From Gekko japonicus (Eukaryota), in NCBI RefSeq assembly GCF_001447785.1, contig NW_015173763.1, forward strand, positions 1 to 64,000: DNA of 64,000 nucleotides. The letters run 5' to 3'. The position numbers were made by a program, and so were the translations under genes. Under the pieces are notes generated by a model that did no database searches, was not told where the DNA came from, and saw only the letters and a list, made by a program, of their open reading frames with translations. Each line of letters starts with the position of its first letter. Position 1 is the first letter of the stretch. Shown one piece after another: positions 49,767-62,366 of this stretch.

Positions 49767-52078
49767 CTAAAGACAGATTTTCAGAACAAATATGATGGAA
49801 GTTTACTCTATGAAGGCTTATGAGAACATAAGAAATAAAAAAAAATCCCCCCCTGAAAGAAATAGAAGTAAGACAAGTTCATTGGCTCACCTGGCTATGG
49901 ACATAAACAGAGTGTGCTAAAAAAAAATCAGGGACCAGTTATTAATTAGCTTAATGTACTACTTTGTGAATCTGAAATTTTATTTTTTTACATTGCTGTC
50001 AAAATTAGAGCAATATTTTTAAGGCTTTGAATTGTCATTTATTTCTCTTAGTGAACAAAAGCAGCCAAAATCTCTGCCATTAGGACTTTTGTCTGTTAAC
50101 TTGGAACTCAGGGCTACTTTTACAGGGATAGATCCTATGTAGGATACTGCTGTGCCCCTTACCTAGTGGCCCCCCCTTGCCAGGGACACCTTGAATGCAT
50201 GAGTGGGAAATTGCACAGACAAGAGTGTCAGGCAGATACTGACATTCAAGGCAGCACCACCAGCACCAAGCCCCAGTGCCAGTTTATCACTGCTTGTTTG
50301 CCTTATCAACAGCAATGGACTGGTGAAAGAATGTGATAGACACGTGTGTGAACACACCACTGCTAGTATTTCCTATCTTCTTCCACTCCTCAGGGATTAG
50401 AAAGAAGGAGTTGAAAGGGGAGTCCACACTGTTCCTTAGCATAAGTCTTTTTCCTAGGTTTGGTGTATTTACTATTGACTATGTTCCCTACATGCCAACC
50501 CCAAAGCTTGCTGTGCTCACGATACTTAATGGTGTGTTAAATAATAAATGAGCTGTTTTGACTCCTGCCAAAAGAGCTTTAGCAATGCTGGATGAAGGTA
50601 CATTAAGAGTAGACAAAATTTCATTTATAACACGCCTTATACTCTGCCATTTTACTCAATGGGGAAACAAAGCAGCTCATATTATACTCGTAACTACCCT
50701 GTGAAGTAGGTCTGACTGTGATGATGTGATTGCCTAAAAATCACCCAGAAAAATTATGCAACAGGTTAGGGGTTCAAACCTGGGTTGTTGTGGATGATTG
50801 ATGGGATTATACAGGCCACTATGTTCTTTAAAATGGTGATGGTGTCTTCATGCCAGACATCAGGATGCCATAATGTCTACTTTGGCTCTCAGTTATGCCT
50901 TCCACAACCAGCTGTATCTTCCAGTATGAATAGCAGAGGGTAGGGGAGGGAGTTCTGGAAATAACCTGGGCTAGAATGTTCCAGTTCCATTTGTTCTGGG
51001 TAGAGCAACTCCCCTCATTAGCCTGAAGCTAGAGGCCAGCTTTGAGGCTCCAAGCTGTAGTTTTCCATGAGTTATATAACTGCCACAGATAACCAGAACT
51101 TGCAAGGCAAAATCATCATCATAATAATACATTAGGTGGAATGGGGGTTGTGAAGATTGTATGAGCCAGAATGTTGTATGAGCCAGAATGGCACTGTAAC
51201 CATCATCGTCATGATAAAACGGGTGGCCAATTTTGAGGTGCCTAGCTTTATTTTCAGAGGAGTCATGCCTGACATTGATGGAGGGCTGGAAAGATGGATG
51301 GATGAATGGACAGATGCTTTTATCATTATAGATGAGAGCACCAATTGCATACACTGTGACATCTGAAGTAATGGACCTTTTCACAGCTTGTATTTTCTGG
51401 TCTACAATGAGCTTAGCAACCAACAGGAGACATGGTAAAACATAGAGTCTCTGGAATTCCTAGGGCTACCCAACATCACTTCTAGGTTTTTCCAAAAGTG
51501 ATACCATGTCACACAGATGGCAACTATTGATTAGTTTTTCTCATGTTGCTATTCAGAGTGGTGGTGGGCAACCAGGGCTGCTGGTGGGAGGCCTGCCATC
51601 ATAGTGGAAGGCCTGCAGGAAAGGCTGACATTAGTATGCAAAGGAACCACATGACTCAGTATGGTTATACATGAATCTGTTCATGGTTTGAATTCCCTGG
51701 GTGACCTTAGGCTAGTTACAGTCTAAAGTACCTCACAGGTTTTCTGTAAGGATAGAATGGGAAAAAAGGAGAATGTCCTAAACCAGTTTGGGTCCTATTT
51801 GGGTGAAAACTAGGATATAAAGTAAATACACACTAGAGTGTGTGCAATATACAAATTAAATGGCATGAAAAACTATTTAAAAAGTAAACTCTTCATACAG
51901 TACGCTTTGAACTACTGTAAAATATTTTTAGTTTGAAGGATATATATTTAGTTTCATGGATACTAACACAGATAATGTTACAGGGGGGATTTTTTGTCCT
52001 ATACAAAAGCATCAATACCCACACAAAAGATGCATGTAAATAATTTACAAGCATCAATATTTGACACATATAGCGTAC

Positions 52079-52370
52079 CTGTGGAATCTTGTAGATGCTC
52101 AGAACATCAGGTATATGCTGAGAGCTTTCTGAATGAATGCCCTCCAGAAATGCATGTAGATTGTCCTGGGTATCACACTTATAGTTAGGGACAAATCTCT
52201 TCCTTGGAGAAATAAGTTGCAGAGCAGCCCGATAAGTTAACCTTGGATGAAAATAGCTGTCATAGATATGGAATCCTAAGGTGGCATTTGGCAAGATGTG
52301 GGGATTTTCATTGATCTCCTTGACAGCAAATGCCCAAGCTAGGATGTGCTGGTAGTTCTGAGGCATCACC
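52079..52370 (-). CDS. V2R-D exon 2
   Basis: ctgtag|G; MPQNYQHILA...YKIPQ|GTACG; 292 nt. Confidence 0.95.
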
Positions 52371-52817
52371 CTACAGAAAATGTACATTTTGCAGCCTAAG
52401 TATATTATGTAATTTGTAAAATATCGGTGCTGATGTTATGCATTTGTTTCATCACCATTATTCATTGCTATATTTTGGATCATCCTCCGTAAAATTTCAT
52501 AAATCAAATTTCACTGCATCAGATATGTCTGCAGTGTGAAATGATTTTACAGGCTTTTATAACCAAAACCAAGTGGGGTGGAGAGGGACAGAAAGAAGAA
52601 AAGCTGTGGCAGAGAAAATGGAAGTCCAGTTGTAAATCATTCAGGTATGATTCCCTGTGTAAGGGACTGGAATAGAAATGGTTATTATTATACATGATGA
52701 ACAATGAGGCAGGTTGGAGATTCCAGCCTCTAACGGACTACAGATAGACTGAAGATAGGCAAAACATGATGAAAGAAGTCTGAGCAAGTAAGCTAAACAA
52801 CAGCTAATTAAGGAAGG

Positions 52818-53015
52818 CTCTGATCTGAATGGCCATGGCTAGCTCCATCTTGTAAAATCTCAGAAACTAAGCATGGTTGGCCCTGGTTAGTGTCTGGGTG
52901 GGAGACCACCAAGGGAGTCCAGGGTTCAACACAGAGGTGGGAATGACAAACTACCTCTGAACATATCATGCCTTGTAAACCCCACAAAGTCTCAATGATT
53001 CAGCTGTGACTCGAT
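52818..53015 (+). mobile_element. 5S rRNA-derived SINE
   Basis: ATCTCAGAAACTAAGCATGGTTGGCCCTGGTTAGTGTCTGGGTGGGAGACCACC. Confidence 0.75.
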
Positions 53016-55118
53016 ATTTAAAAAAATCAAGTCAGGTACAATGTGAACATAAGAAGAAGTAACTAAAATCTGCAATGCATTACAGTACTTATCTAATTAT
53101 TTCTGTATAATACAACATAAGAACCACCAATGAACATGTTAAAATGCTGAAGCACCAAGGATTTGCAGAGATGTTTCCAAAACATATTGTAGAGGGAACA
53201 CAATTTCTGTTTTAAAAATTGCAAGTTAAAAATTGTCTTCTGTTGTCATCACAGCAAGGCAACTGTATGTGCCTGTATAGTTTTGTGTGTAATGGAAACT
53301 GAGGACAACTACAGCTGTTGTGTCCCTGAATTCATAAGATGGGGCAATCCAAATATCAAACAAAGAAGGACAGAGGTCCTCATTACAAATAAGTTTAGGA
53401 ACCAGTTTTCTGCATTGCAACATTCTACCATTAGACAGACATAATTCATTTATTGGAGGAGCCATATCTTGCTTTTCTGCAATGACCAATTTCTAAACCA
53501 TTCATATTTCATACTGAATCCACAGTACCAGATCATTCTTCTACTATGTTAGAGTTAAGATTGGTTTTGGTGCTCATTATACTTATTGACTCATGCTGGG
53601 ACTTGAGGCAATGTATATATTTACCTTATCTATATCCCACCTTTCTCCCCCATGTGGACCCAAAGTGGCCTACATCATTCTCTTCTCCTCAATTTTATCA
53701 TCAAAATGACCCAGGGAGATAGTTTAGGCTAAAAATATGTGACTGGCCCAAGATCACCCAGCAAGCTGCCATGGCAGAATGTTGCTTCATTCTATAATAT
53801 CCCTCATTGTTTAATGACTGCTTCTTTACACTAAATGGAAATTTTAAGGATTGTGCCTTTGATATTCCACATGTAAGGCAGGTGCTCTTGCCACTGTGTC
53901 ACTTTCCCTTCCAGAAAGCTCTGACCCAACACTTTCTACATGGACCTCAGCCAAGAAACTCCAACCAAGAAACTCAAGCAAGGCACAACTGAAAGTCTGT
54001 TTCCAAAATAATCTCACAACCTTTCCATACACTGCAAAAGAGACACCAACCACAAATTTACAATGCTGACAACAAAGAGAAGAGTGACAAGCTTCATCAT
54101 CCCTTAGTTACTTCAGTTAAAATACAGTCCTAATCCATCCTAATCTACCCAGAGACAAGTCCCATTTGATTTCATGGGACTTGCTTCCAAACAAGTGTTC
54201 CCAGGAATGCAGCTTTAATATCTAGCATCTCCAATCCAGCATTTCAGCTTCTGCTAGCCTGCCAGCAAACTCAGTAAAAGAAGGAAAGGACGTTCTTATT
54301 CCCCCATCATGGTTAGAGCCAAAAGCCCCACAAGACAACAGGGGCTGGTGGTGGTGGTGGAAGCCAAATCAAGAGAAGGAAAGGACTAATATGAAGGGAG
54401 CAGGGAAAACAAACAAATGGAGGTAATTAAGCTAGCTGGGAATTTCCACCCTTTCAGGCAGCCCTAGATCCTCATGTACTTCATACCATCCATTAGCCAA
54501 GAAAACCTGCACTGCTGGCTCTTTCCCCAAACCTGAAGTTGGCTTTGACTGTTTTTGGAGTCTCTGCATCCTCTCTGTTCTCAGTCACTGGTTGAGCTCA
54601 TACATTGCTGCCTCTGCCTTGCTGTCAAAATGGGTATCCTATGCCTTCCCCCCTTCACAGCCCAGCTCCGCAGCAAAAAAAGTATGCCAAATGATGAGAG
54701 AACAGCTTTAAGGAGCCTTCTGTTCTCAGCTCTCTCATAGGCTGTACTGCATGAAGACCAATTGGGTACAAAACTGCCCCTGCCACTGTTTTGGTCAGAA
54801 ATGTGCTTATTGATGCTCTTTATTTTACCATCTTCTTGGACTGTGATTAAATTCCCTTTAGTACAATTTTTCATAGCTTTTGTTGATGGTTTTAACTGAA
54901 TGTTGTGTATCATTAAAAATCCCATTGAAGTCATTACAATCTATTAAATAAATTAATGTCTAAATCAAAATATCTCCACCTTTACCTCTGTTAATATAAC
55001 AATATTGCTAAATGTGGTGTTAATATTGATCTAATAAATCTTACAGTACAGAGAAACAGATAATTTGTGGACACATCAGGTAGAATATATATAACCTGGA
55101 CACAAGAAAATTCCTTAC

Positions 55119-55336
55119 ACAACCTCTTCAGGTAGTATCCTATGAGGTTTTTTGTTTAAGTTGTTTGGACTGGGAACAAAGAAGGTCTGAGAAGCAATGC
55201 CACCAATGATAAGGTCTCCTGGTTGAAGATATTTGTGAAGAATAGGGTGGCTATCCACAATGGCACATTGAAGAACATGAATCTTTCCCACCACTTGAGT
55301 CAAAAGCAGTATCACCACCACTACTAACACCACCAT
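55119..55336 (-). CDS. V2R-D exon 1; vomeronasal type-2 receptor
   Basis: MVVLVVVVILLL...LHKYLQPGDLIIGGI; donor GT|GTAAGG; 218 nt. Confidence 0.92.
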
Positions 55337-55579
55337 TCTAAGCGCAAAACTTCCCCCAGAAAACAGTTTCTGTCTATAATACTAATATACGGTAGTATGT
55401 ATTATTTGAGTAGCAATTCTTGCGGTTTAGAGTGTGCCGTCTACATTGCCAGGGGCAGTAATTTCCATTATTTCAATGGCCTGACTAGAAAGATCAAACT
55501 ATGCAGTGACTGGCTTGAAGCCAGTAGTATAACACAGAAAGCATCAGTAATCAGCCCAATGATCTACTGCCTCTCCCTC

Positions 55580-55726
55580 ATTCTGAAATCAATAGGAGAA
55601 TATATATATCATACCTCAGTGTCTTTGTAATTAGTTTTGTTATTGACCGCTGGTTTCCCACCGAGATTTTATGAAGCAATAGAGTTAATGACCAAACTTA
55701 GGTTAATTACAGGGTGCTCAATTTAT
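55580..55726 (-). promoter_or_regulatory. Putative V2R-D proximal promoter
   Basis: Minus strand TAAATTG..CCCTGTAATTA..TAACTCT..ATCTCGGTGGGA..ATATATAT..TTCAGAAT, matching V2R-A. Confidence 0.55.
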
Positions 55727-56255
55727 GTTATTGTAAAAGAACTCATATTTGTTATTTCTAACTAAACATTACGTATAGCTGTGTAGCAAGAAGAAAATAA
55801 GCAGGACCAGTAATTAAACAACTTTTTCCAGAGTAGACATTTATATCTTTGGTCATGCCAATGAAGTTTGCTCTCCATTATGAACTTCACCAACCCCAAA
55901 TGTTCATTGTAAGTACTAGCAGAACATAACAGTCCCTGAAGTTTTCTCTGCACCGTCTGTGCCAGAGATGATTTTCTGTTCCCCTGTAGTCCCCTTTTCT
56001 CTCTTTCCCCTCTTCAGTTTCCCTATGGCTACTGCACTTAAGGCACATGATACTAGCAGGTGGTAGGCCAACCAACTGAGTAGTCAATCACTGAGCACAA
56101 TGGAAAAGCACTCCTGCTTCTCTCTACCTTCTTCTCTCTCTCTCCCCTCCCTTCCTTCTATTCCAAATAAGTTTGCCCAGGCAGTGCTATTTATGCATTT
56201 GACAGTCCAGAAGACAGGAAGAACACATCAGAGATGGGCCTCATCAGCGCTCTGA

Positions 56256-56449
56256 TGTGACCTTGGGTCAGTCACAAGCTCTGGCACAGCTGTTCCTGAA
56301 AGAGCAGTTTGTGTCAGAGTTCTCTCAGCCCCACCCACCTCACAGGGTGTCTGTTGTGTGGAGGGGGATGGAAAGGAGTTTGTAAGCTGCTCTGAGACTC
56401 CAAGTGAAGGGCAGGGTATAAATCCAATCTCTTCTTCTTCTTCTTCTTC
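56256..56449 (+). mobile_element. Squam3-type SINE, 5'-truncated
   Basis: GTGACCTTGGGTCAGTCAC..CTCTCAGCCCCACCCACCTCACAGGGTG..(CTT)n. Confidence 0.85.
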
Positions 56450-56778
56450 TCTAAGACAAAATATTCACATAAAAGTTCCGCTTTCTATTATCTCACTGTA
56501 GAACAGGATTCTACCTTTCTTAAGGTATTCAGATTTGGCTGATCTCTGCAGACATTTTATGGCAAAACAGGTTAAAACAAAGGAAGACTTAAGCCAGATG
56601 GCTGACTCATGGGGGGGGGGGCAATGGTGCCTGAGGCTGGAATTTGAAAGTCTCAAGAAAGGCAGATTTAACCTACTGTTAAAGATGCACCCACTGGCAT
56701 CAGGTCATAGAGTGTGCTTCTGAAGAGTCTGAGGAATGTCAACTGCTTAGTATCACAATACAGGAAGTTCTGGTCCTT

Positions 56779-57055
56779 GAAGAAGAAGAAGAGTGGATGT
56801 AAACCCCGCCCTTCACTACTCAAAGGAGTCTCAGAGTCGCTTATGATCTCCTTTTCCTTCCCCTCCTCACAACAGACACCCTGTGAGGTAGGTGGGGCTG
56901 AGAGAGCTCTGAGAGAACTACTCATGAGAGAACAGCTCTGAAAGAACTTGTAACTGACCCAAGGTCACACCAGCAGCTGCATGTGGAGGAGTTGGGAATC
57001 AAACCCAGTTCTCCCAGATTAGAGTCCATGCTCCTAAGCACTACACCAAACTGGC
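56779..57055 (-). mobile_element. Squam3-type SINE, full length
   Basis: Minus-strand head CCAGTTTGGTGTAGTGCTTAGG; (GAA)n on + strand. Confidence 0.85.
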
Positions 57056-57381
57056 AGCTCTTCAGCAATGGAAGGTTCTTTGGAGGGCCCAAAAAGATTC
57101 ATCACAATAATTCTGTGATTTTCTCTCACAGTAGCTGCCCATGATGATTAAAAAATTGTAAAGGAATTTTGATCCAAAAGCTGTGAAAAAGAAGTAGCTT
57201 TGGATGGGCTCCATATAATGCCTCTGAAATCAAACACATGTAAGGGTATTTCACTTGAAGTGTTTAAAAATAAATTACAAAAATCATATACCAAATAAAT
57301 TACAAAAATCATATACCAAATGTAAGATATATCTAAATATACGAATATAGCACATAAAGGAAATGCCAAATACTCAATATA

Positions 57382-57910
57382 GGCCCCAGTCACATGGGCA
57401 GGAAACTGCGGGGGGGAAGCGTGGCAGTTTGCCCCAGGGCAAACTAACGCGTGGTAATGAGATCAGACCTCCCATTGAGGTACCGTGAAGGTACCGTGGA
57501 GGTTCCATGGGAAGGGAGAGGTGCTGATCGCAAGAGAATTCCGTGCGCAAAAAAGAAGCGTGCGGTGCGGCAAACTAGATGGTTTTTTTCGTGTACACCA
57601 CGACTGCGCATGCTCCGTTGGGTGCTTGTGCGCATCCACGGAGATGTGGGGAAAAAACCCCTTTTTCGCATGGGGACATGGGCGGTCGCCAGATGCCTCC
57701 GGAAACGCGATCAGACGCCTGCCCTTGCCCCGCAGTTACCGGAAACTAGTACCTCCGAGGTACTAGTCTTTTGCTGCATGTTTTCGGCAGGAAGCCTCAG
57801 TTGAGCCACGGAAGTGCTACGCTTCCCAGATGTGCCGGTGAGATCGCGCCCGGAAACTCTGCCTGTCTTCCATCGCTCTAGCGTGGCTAATGCTCCGTGT
57901 GACCGCAGCC
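57382..57910. mobile_element. CpG-rich Harbinger-like MITE, full length
   Basis: TIR GGCCCCAGTCACA / TGTGACCGCAGCC; flanks ATA/ATT. Confidence 0.8.
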
Positions 57911-58143
57911 ATTACAGGGTTTCAATCTCTCCCAAGGCCATCACAACTTGCTCTTTGTGGAAAGGGAAATATCTCAGGCAAGTCAATTTAATAACATCAA
58001 TTTAATCCTTCTCTTCCAAGGCCATCACAACTTATTTTTTGTGGGAAGGGAAACTGATAATGCACTCCCATCTAACTATCAATATCAGAAAGGATTTGGA
58101 GTGTTGTAGACACGAAACATTGAAGGGTACACTTCTTTTTTAA

Positions 58144-58335
58144 TCATTTTGTTAGCAGTTCCATTTTGTTCATCTCAGGCCTCAGCACAGCAGCTAAGGC
58201 TAAGACAGCAAAGATCTCCACAGCTGCCATATATTTTCCCTTGGTGTTCAAAGATGCTGGAAGATAACAAAACTTCAGCATTGTGAAAGTGATAAACTTG
58301 GCTCCATTGAAACTGCTGGGTAGCTTTCTGGCAAG
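58144..58335 (-). pseudogene. V2R exon-6 C-terminal remnant with two in-frame deletions
   Basis: [41 protein letters not shown]. Confidence 0.85.
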
Positions 58336-59140
58336 CTGAAAAAAAATTTCCTTCCCCGCCATGGGCTAATTTTGAAGTGGTCTCTATAGAACAGATGAGT
58401 AACTTCTGTTGCTGTGGGGCTTAGACTTTGATAGTCTTTGGAAAGTCAGGATGGTAGCATCACAGGAAATCTGAAGTGCTGTAGGCAGAGACACAAATAC
58501 AAATGTTTTGCAAAATAAATATAGGCAAACACAGGCTTATATATTTTTTTCACAATATAATTTTATTTCTTTAACCATTCTTATTTTACTCATTCTTGCA
58601 GATATTACTATTATTCAAATGTTTTGTTTTTTTTAAATTAGAACAGAGACCAGTGATTGGCATGTCAAAAAAAGTAACATCTCATGGAGGGGCTGATGGT
58701 GGCAGAGACTCACATTTGGGAGCCCCCCAAAAAAGAAAAAAAGAACCAATAGTGAAAGATGTCTTTTAGCCACCAGATGAATTCTGGCAGTAGGAACCTC
58801 TTTCAGGGATCTGAAAAATCTCAAGACACTTGGCACAACAGTGGAGGCGTGGGACTACCAGACAGAAGCATCATTCATCTGGACAACACAGAGGTTCTGA
58901 GAGTTTCCCTTCCTAGCAACTGCCTGCCATGAACCACAAATGTGGACAGTAATTTGTAAAATTTTACTCAAAACAGCTGAAAAAGGAATAGCCATGCATA
59001 TGCTCAGTAGATTACCTCTAAAACAGATTAAGCACAAACAAGGTTACTTAATTCCATGTAGCTAGTAACACAACCCCCTCCAGCTATAAAAGTCTTGAAT
59101 CAGAAGGATTTTTGAAGTGCAGCTGTTGAGGGAGATACTT

Positions 59141-59720
59141 GACTTCTTCAATGTGTTCTTATTAGCTGTTCCCTGTCATTCAGCTCAGGCCTGACTTCTT
59201 CAGTGTGTTCTTAGTAGCTTTTCCCTGTTGTACACCTTAGGTCTAAGTACAATAATGTAAAATTGGGGGACAAATATGTCGCCAAGCTCCCAGCTCCAGT
59301 GACTAAGATAGAACTAAAATATGTTTCCCCTCGAAACTCAGGTATGATGGGAATGAAGGACTGCGATATACTGCAAAAAGCCAATGTGCTGAAAGTGATA
59401 GGTTTTGCTGCTGTCTGGTAACTTCCAGGCAATGAAAACCCCAGTGAAGCTTTCAAGGAGGTCATCTAGCCCAAGACACAGTTAAACACAGACCCCTTGT
59501 TACGTTCTAATACAATTTGTTTTAGACACTGAGTACTTGCTAGTGGGAGAGAGGTTGCTAGCACACAGCTCAAGTCCCTGTTTGAATAAAGGAACAGGAA
59601 AGAACAATGACATTAGGTGCCAGGTCCCCTTGTCACCTGTACTTCGTGTCTAGTCTGGCCCTAAACATAATAACTTTGGACTAAAATCTTTTGCAAGATC
59701 AGTTACTGTGAAACTTCATT
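59141..59720 (-). pseudogene. Highly degraded V2R exon-6 remnant, with a duplicated C-terminal tail
   Basis: Recognisable IVLSCSFIQ, NCVLG, KLPDS, KPITFSTLAFCS, YIIVLRPK motifs with stops and frameshifts; boundaries approximate. Confidence 0.8.
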
Positions 59721-60429
59721 CACTGGGAAAATGTAATATTCTTGAATTTCCATTACAGTTGCCCCAGTGAAAAGCTCTGATCTGGCCAGATTTCTCCACT
59801 CATTCTTGCCAAATTCCCCTCTTTACTACAGCCCCCATACCACAGTTTTTGTACATACCAGTTCCATAACCCCCAGGTTAGCCTTTTGTGGTGTTCAGTA
59901 GGGAACCCTCCCTGTCTTTTTCATCAGAAGAAAAGCTGGTTATATTTGACCTAACATCTCTGCACTGAAGCTTTCTAATAAAAAAGGAAAGAGTTTTATT
60001 TCCATACCCAAAGAAACAAAGAGACTCTGTGCTCTTATTTCCTGATGTTTAATCACTTTCACAATTTTGCAATGAGACAAAGGATATACTGAAAAGTCAG
60101 TTCCCATTGCTTTTCCTGGAGTCTTTAATTACTCTGAAAAAGACTATACCTGCATGATACTTTGCATATCTCACTCCAACAAAAATATAGTGTTAGATTT
60201 GACCAGCTTTCCTGCTCACTTGCCCAGTTCCCTTCCTCATCACAGCCTCCATCTGAATTCACAAAGAAGGGTGTTTGTCTCCTAACTGTTGAGAATAATA
60301 AAAAAGCAACAGATTGGGATTGATCCCACCAGCTTTTTCACTCAGTCTCCCCACATTTCCTTCCTTACTATAACATCTATCCAGCATAGCTTTTGTTCAA
60401 GCATGACCAATGTTCCTCAGTGTAGTGTT

Positions 60430-61120
60430 TCTTGGTAGACCCAGGGAGCCTCATATACCAAATGCTCTCAGAGTCTAACATGTCAAACTGGCTAACATAT
60501 ATTAAGAAAAAAATTAAGGCCATGGGTATATTTTTGGATTCACTGACTATGCTCCCATCAGCGGGTGCATTCCAGTTGATCATACAGAGGATGTTGGATA
60601 TTGAGTGTCAGGAGTTACATAGTTGTGCCAACAAAACCTGCTCTCCTCTGAGCTTTGAGATACCCCTCACTGTAGGTAGGATGGTTTCATATTTCTCCTC
60701 CTTACAAGCACCACAACTACACAGAGCTTTCTCTTTAGCCAGATGCAATGCCATGCCATATGGCAGATTCAATAAGACAGCATATGCGGCTAGACATTGC
60801 CCTTGTGGATCTGGATGTGTTGTGATGTGTTGTGATGTTTTGTTGTGATGTCACTTTTATGTAAATATACAGTCTAAATATCTAAACTCTATATTGGCCA
60901 ACATGATGGGTTTTTCAGATTCCCATAAAGTTTGCAAACTTTTGAATGATTCCTCTGGTGAAGTAACTGAGAAAGTGGCTAAGTTCCTTCAAACCGCCAT
61001 GCTGCTACGCCAAGGAAAAGTACAGTTGTAACTTATTATTTTATTCAACGTATTTGTAATACAGTGTCCTACTTGTATACTTTTATAATGACTTTGTTCT
61101 ACTGATATATGCCAATAAAG
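60430..61120 (+). mobile_element. Non-LTR retrotransposon 3' end (RTE-X-like)
   Basis: RAFSLARCNAMP..GRF..RHCPCGSG..VLL zinc-knuckle-like C-terminus; ends in AATAAAG at the gap. Confidence 0.65.
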
Positions 61121-61443
61121 NNNNNNNNNNNNNNNNNNNNNNNNNNNNNNNNNNNNNNNNNNNNNNNNNNNNNNNNNNNNNNNNNNNNNNNNNNNNNNNN
61201 NNNNNNNTCCCTAGAAGAAAATCAGGTTGGATCTAAACCACTGTCCACTTACATGGCTGTTTATTGTATTTTATCTATTCAACCCGGCTTTGCCGTATGT
61301 TAGCCGCCCTGAGCCGTTGGGTGGGCGGGATACAAATCTAAAAATTAAAAAATTAAAAATAGAAACAAAAACAAAACCTTTATTCAAATCTATTCAAAAC
61401 AACCAAATCACGAATTACATATATTTGAGGGAGTAGGTGGTAG

Positions 61444-62366
61444 CTATTCAGAAGGACATTTAACCTCTTTAATGGATTCTATTAGCTGTTCTCTTTGGTT
61501 CAGCTCAGGCCTCAAAACAATAATGTAGCATTTAGGGACAAAGATACAAGCCAGCAAGCCAGCACTGGAAGCTTAAATACAGAAGATTTCCACAGCTACC
61601 ATGTATTTTCCTTTAGTGCTCAGTTAAGTAGGAATAAAGGTCAACCAAACACTGCAAAAGATCAACATGCTGAAAGTGATAAACTTGGCTTCATTGAAAC
61701 TGTCTGGTAGGTTCCTGGAGAAGAAAGCCACAATGAAGCTGACAATGGCCAAAAAGCCCATGTATCCCAATACACAGTCAAACATAGTGGGTGATGCCTC
61801 ATTACATTCCAATATGATTTCTTCATTCAGTGAATGCATGTCAACATCTGGGAATGGGGGAGAGGTTGTCAACCACATGACACAAATGTCGGCTTGAGTA
61901 AGTGAGGAGAAAAGAACAATGAAGTTGCCCAGCTTTTTTACAACTCATTTCTTTATGCTGGATCTCGGCTTGGAAGCCATGAAAGCCACAACCACAGTGA
62001 TATTTTTTGCCAACACAGAAGAGACAGCCATGGAGAAGATGATGCCAAAGGCTGTTTGTCAGAGGAGGCAGGTCACGTTTACAGGTTGGCTAATGAATAG
62101 GAAAGCACAAAGGAAGCAGAGCAGCAATGAGATGAGAAGAATATAGGTGAGGTCCTGGTTGTTTGCTTTAACTATAGGAGAGTTGTGATGCTTTATAAAG
62201 ATCCCCAGGACCAGAATTGTGATCAAAGACAATGAAAAAGAACCAGTGGCTAACCCAGTCCCCAAAGGTTCTTCATAATGCAGGAAGCTCACAGTCTTAG
62301 GACTGCATACATTCTGATTCTCCCTTGGAAAGTGATCATCTGGGCATTGATAACACTCAGCCATAT
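61444..62366 (-). pseudogene. V2R-E exon 6, pseudogene (4 in-frame stops)
   Basis: Colinear 7TM exon with stops at 62059-61 (LLR>*), 61945-47 (W>*), 61624-26 (Y>*) and 61573-75 (L>*); natural stop TAG at 61444. Confidence 0.92.

Noticed and set aside
52818-52925. Possible 5S rRNA gene (also near 23500 and 39400)
   Set aside because: Too diverged, lacks 5S termini and continues into a SINE body.
58633-59037. ORF containing MAIPFSAVLSK, resembling V2R TM3
   Set aside because: No colinear similarity around it; cannot be supported as a V2R remnant.
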